Shown: one piece after another, positions 60,664 to 64,000 of the stretch
Layout of the letters: each line of letters opens with the position of its first letter
Position numbering within the stretch: the first letter of the stretch is position 1
Assembly (NCBI GenBank): GCA_013265495.1
Contig: MU058793.1
Span: forward strand, 672,060 to 736,059
DNA: 64,000 bases
Direction of reading: 5' to 3'
Source of the DNA: Vicugna vicugna
Lineage: Eukaryota
Translations under genes and position numbers: made by a program
The notes under the pieces: model-generated
Database searches by the model: none
Told to the model about the DNA's origin: nothing
What the model saw: only the letters and a program-made list of their open reading frames with translations

Positions 60664-60800
60664 AAAAAAAATTTTTAGATAAGAAGTGTAATTAGGTTTA
60701 CTTATTTATTCATTTTGTTAAGGAGGTACTGGGGATTGAACTCAGGACCTCGTGCGTGCTAAGCACGTGCTCTACCACTTGAGCTATATCCTCCCCACCC
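60664..60800 (-). mobile_element. Vic-1-like tRNA-derived SINE inside a hAT-Charlie remnant (about 60560-61010)
   Basis: ggaggtactggggattgaactcaggacctcgtgcgtgctaagcacgtgctctaccacttgagctatatcctcccc; TSD agttgcctttttt at 60651-60663 and 60801-60813. Confidence 0.92.
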
Positions 60801-63675
60801 AGTTGCCTTTTTTTAATTAAATAAGATTATTTTAAAAGAAATTTTGTATCTTTAACTGGCCCACTTGCCTTAACTAAAAAGTGACGGCAAAAAGGAAAAC
60901 AGACAATAAAATAAAATACAGGCTAAGACTGTGTCGGTGCCACTTACAACCATCTTCTGTACCATGAGGGGTATGCAAAAGCCCCCTTAAGTAAACTCAG
61001 GGTTAAACTAATTTCCAGGCCCTCCTTGAGAGCTGACAACACCTGAGCGTACTACCTATTTGTGGATATTTGCATTTTTACTGGGGACTCTAGGACACAC
61101 AGTGCTTAACCCATAGAAATAACATGGGGATGGCTTAAGCAACTGGGAATAGGAGATATTTTTTGCTGAGAGCAAGGCTTTCCAGGTAGGCTGAAAGCTC
61201 AGCTCATGGGCAGCCACCTTACTCATCTCTGAGGAATGCAGGCCCTAGACACTCAGGAGTGGGGTCAGGACTCTCTAAAGAACAGTGAAAGAAAGGTGAC
61301 CTGCTTTCCCAATGAGTTCCATTTGCTTTGTGCTTCGTTCCTTTCCCAAGTGAAACTAGATAAGGAGCTGTCATTACAAGTGACTGGTCGAGGTGTGAGT
61401 TATAGAACAAATAATCTAGCAGGTATCTACTGAACAGATGTTCCAGGGCTTATCTGCTGATGCCAAGCCTGGCCCGCAGCAAAACGGAGAAGACGGTTCT
61501 GTTTGTCAGCTGCGCTTTTCTTGTCTATCTTGCTTTTTCCCTCGGGGTGAGGATTCGCCTCAACTTCTCAGGGCTCCACCTTCTCACAAGGCACCTGCTG
61601 GCTTTTCCCCTCCTTTCTGCCCGTCTAAGCTTGACTGCCTTGATCCATTTCCCATCAAGAGCTGCTCCAGGTAACACAATTAGAACGAGTGCCCAGGATG
61701 AGCTCTGTAACTTTGCGTCCTTCATTACCAGCTCTGTATACGGAGCTTTCTCACTTTCTGCCCTATGATTAATCATTCCCCTGGATGACTGGCAGTTGGG
61801 CCATTCATTTCTTTCAGAGAAAAACATAACTTCCACCCACCAGGCATCAACTTGTCACCAAGGTCTCAAAAGAAAGGTACGAAAGAGTCAGCAATGTGCT
61901 GGTTCATTTCACAATGTCTGGGCTGTCCAGTCTTATCTATGACTAATTTGAGATGCAGATATATAGAGCCATCCGGAGCCTGTGTCTTCTACTGTTGAAA
62001 TGAGATGACCTCCAGGAGAGAAGACGTGGTAATGAGTTCTAGACATGCTAGAAAGCTAGGGAGAAAGATCAAAGGACCTGGTATCTGTTAAGTTACATTT
62101 TTTTAATATTCAAATTATAGTGAATCCTAGTCCCCATATGCCTAGGTTATCCAAAGTCCAGTCTTTTCCTGGAGGCTTCTCTTCAAATATATGGGAGATC
62201 CCCAGGGTTATTTACTCGACCTGTGATTCAGCCTCATTGTTACCTGCTGCCACTTTCCAGCTAAGACTGACTCAGGTGTAACCCTGAGGATGTGACAGCC
62301 TCATCTTCCATTCTTGGTTGCCTGGGAGAACTCCTTCCAATGGCTAGAGTGGAACCCAAATAGCTCAAGAAGTTTGAAGAAATGTCTGAGATTGCCTACC
62401 ATCTCCTGGTTGGCCCTGCTTATGCCCCAAATAAGACTAGAGGGCAGGTCTCTGCTGTTCGGCTTAGGCCTCAGTGGTTCTTCAGGTATGGGTAAGAATA
62501 GTCACATTCAAGGAAGCCTTGCAGCAAAACTGTCAAAACCCACCAAACACCTTTGTGTAAAGTAAGAGATGAGCTGGATGTTAGACACCAGCTGGGACAT
62601 TTTTACATTATTCCCCAGGCATTCTACAAATGAAGATTGTTGCTCCAACAAAGAAGAGTGAGTGAGCAATGACTGTTCATCTTTCTGGGTCAGTGCAAGC
62701 TCAGGTCTTAGACCTTTCTTCTGCTAACACAACAACCCACCACATCATAAGGACCTGCCTGGATTCAGGAGTTTGATTGGGACCAGCTGGTCTACCAAGG
62801 TGTGTGCTCCCCACGACTGCAATCACTGTGGGGCCAATAAACTGAAATTTGTGGGCCCACATTGCCTCTGCCTTCCTTAAGATGTTACTGCATGGAGGAG
62901 GAAGCCATCCCATAATAGACAGAGCAGCCAGGGAATAAACGCCTCCTAGCGCCTAACATCCACCCCAGACAAATGAGAACATGGATGAAACAAGAGACTC
63001 TTAAAGAGTAATTTTGAATGCCTTGAATTCTTAACAAAATCTCCGAACAAGAATCTCCTAAGAGAGGATAGAAAAATGCAAGTGCAATGAAGACTTTTGG
63101 AAATGAAAAAGAAATGGCACATTTGACAAGGGTCAGCTGGCCAGGCTCCTGTGATGACAGCATTCTGGGAGTATTAATATGTACCAAGAGCTGTAAATGG
63201 TTGCAAAAATGTACATGGATTCCTTGACATAATGTACTAGCTTACACCATCTGCCACAGTCATGGACTGCATGCTTGAAATCTTTTTTAATCGCTTTCAT
63301 TTAGCAAGGAGTTGAGCGCCAAGTTAATTTTTGAAAATCTGCCACTAGAGCACTTCCTTGGGGTTGCTGTTCTGCGACCTTTAGGGATATCTAAGATGGG
63401 CAGAAGTCTACGTAAGAATGCCAAGAATTTCAAAACTTGTGTGCTAGCCCACACTGGGTACTAAAATGAGCTTCTCTTATGCTAATAATGTCAGCCATAC
63501 CTCATAGACAGGGCAGTGAAATCCCTGTATACCAACATGTAGTTTCCACAAAGTCAGTCAAATGTTCTCAGAGGGCAAAAAAAGAATTTTTAAAGTAGTG
63601 TGGTCCTGACACTTAAGCCAACTACTCTTTCTCAAGGAACTCAAGATCTACTCAACTCAAGAAACCATGATTCCA

Positions 63676-63852
63676 GGTGGAGAGTGTAGCTCAATTGGTA
63701 AAATGCATGCTTAGCATGCATGAGGTCCTGGGTTCAATCCCCAGTACCTCCTCCAAAAACAAATAAATCTGATTACCTCCCCCATCCCTCAGCCAAAATA
63801 AAATAATTAAACAATATGATGATAAGTAAATTAAAAATATTTAAAAAAAAGA
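63676..63852 (+). mobile_element. Vic-1-like tRNA-derived SINE
   Basis: A box TAGCTCAATTGG, B box GGTTCAATCC, AT-rich tail; perfect 17-bp TSD aagaaaccatgattcca at 63659-63675 and 63853-63869. Confidence 0.93.
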
Positions 63853-64000
63853 AAGAAACCATGATTCCAACTTTCCAAGGATAATATGGCCATGCTCAAT
63901 TATTAAGGTGTGATACTGTATACCCCAAACCATGGATGCTATAATTTCCCAGCGAATATAAAATATTTTTAAGGAAATGTTTGATTATACGCAGTTTTTG

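Noticed and set aside
63676..63755. tRNA-like sequence with A/B boxes and an atgcatgc-tta-gcatgcat hairpin
   Set aside because: SINE head: followed by an AT-rich tail, flanked by a TSD, with two sibling copies in the window; not a tRNA gene

Overview
Mammalian non-coding DNA (intergenic or deep intronic), most likely camelid: it carries three tRNA-derived SINEs of the Vic-1 type and young L1 3' ends of the camelid type. No protein-coding gene, RNA gene, CRISPR array or bacterial-type system is supported. The only ORFs resembling real protein are decayed LINE-1 ORF2 C-terminal fragments. Much of the window is interspersed repeat: ancient MIR and L2, MaLR/ERVL LTRs (MLT1, MLT2, MER21), hAT and Tigger DNA elements (MER58, MER45, MER94, MER63, MER102, MER112, MER2-like), and old and young L1. 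Several insertions are nested and many keep readable target-site duplications (TSDs). Between the repeats are repeat-free islands rich in TALE/Hox/Sox/POU/E-box motifs that resemble developmental enhancers. Other points worth checking are a promoter-like cassette near 9.7 kb, a candidate 28-nt micro-exon at 800-827, a solo ERV1-type LTR, and several perfect-TSD insertions that may be polymorphic. Repeat subfamily names come from recalled consensus sequences, not a database search, and boundaries without a TSD are approximate. I found no convincing previously undescribed biological system.
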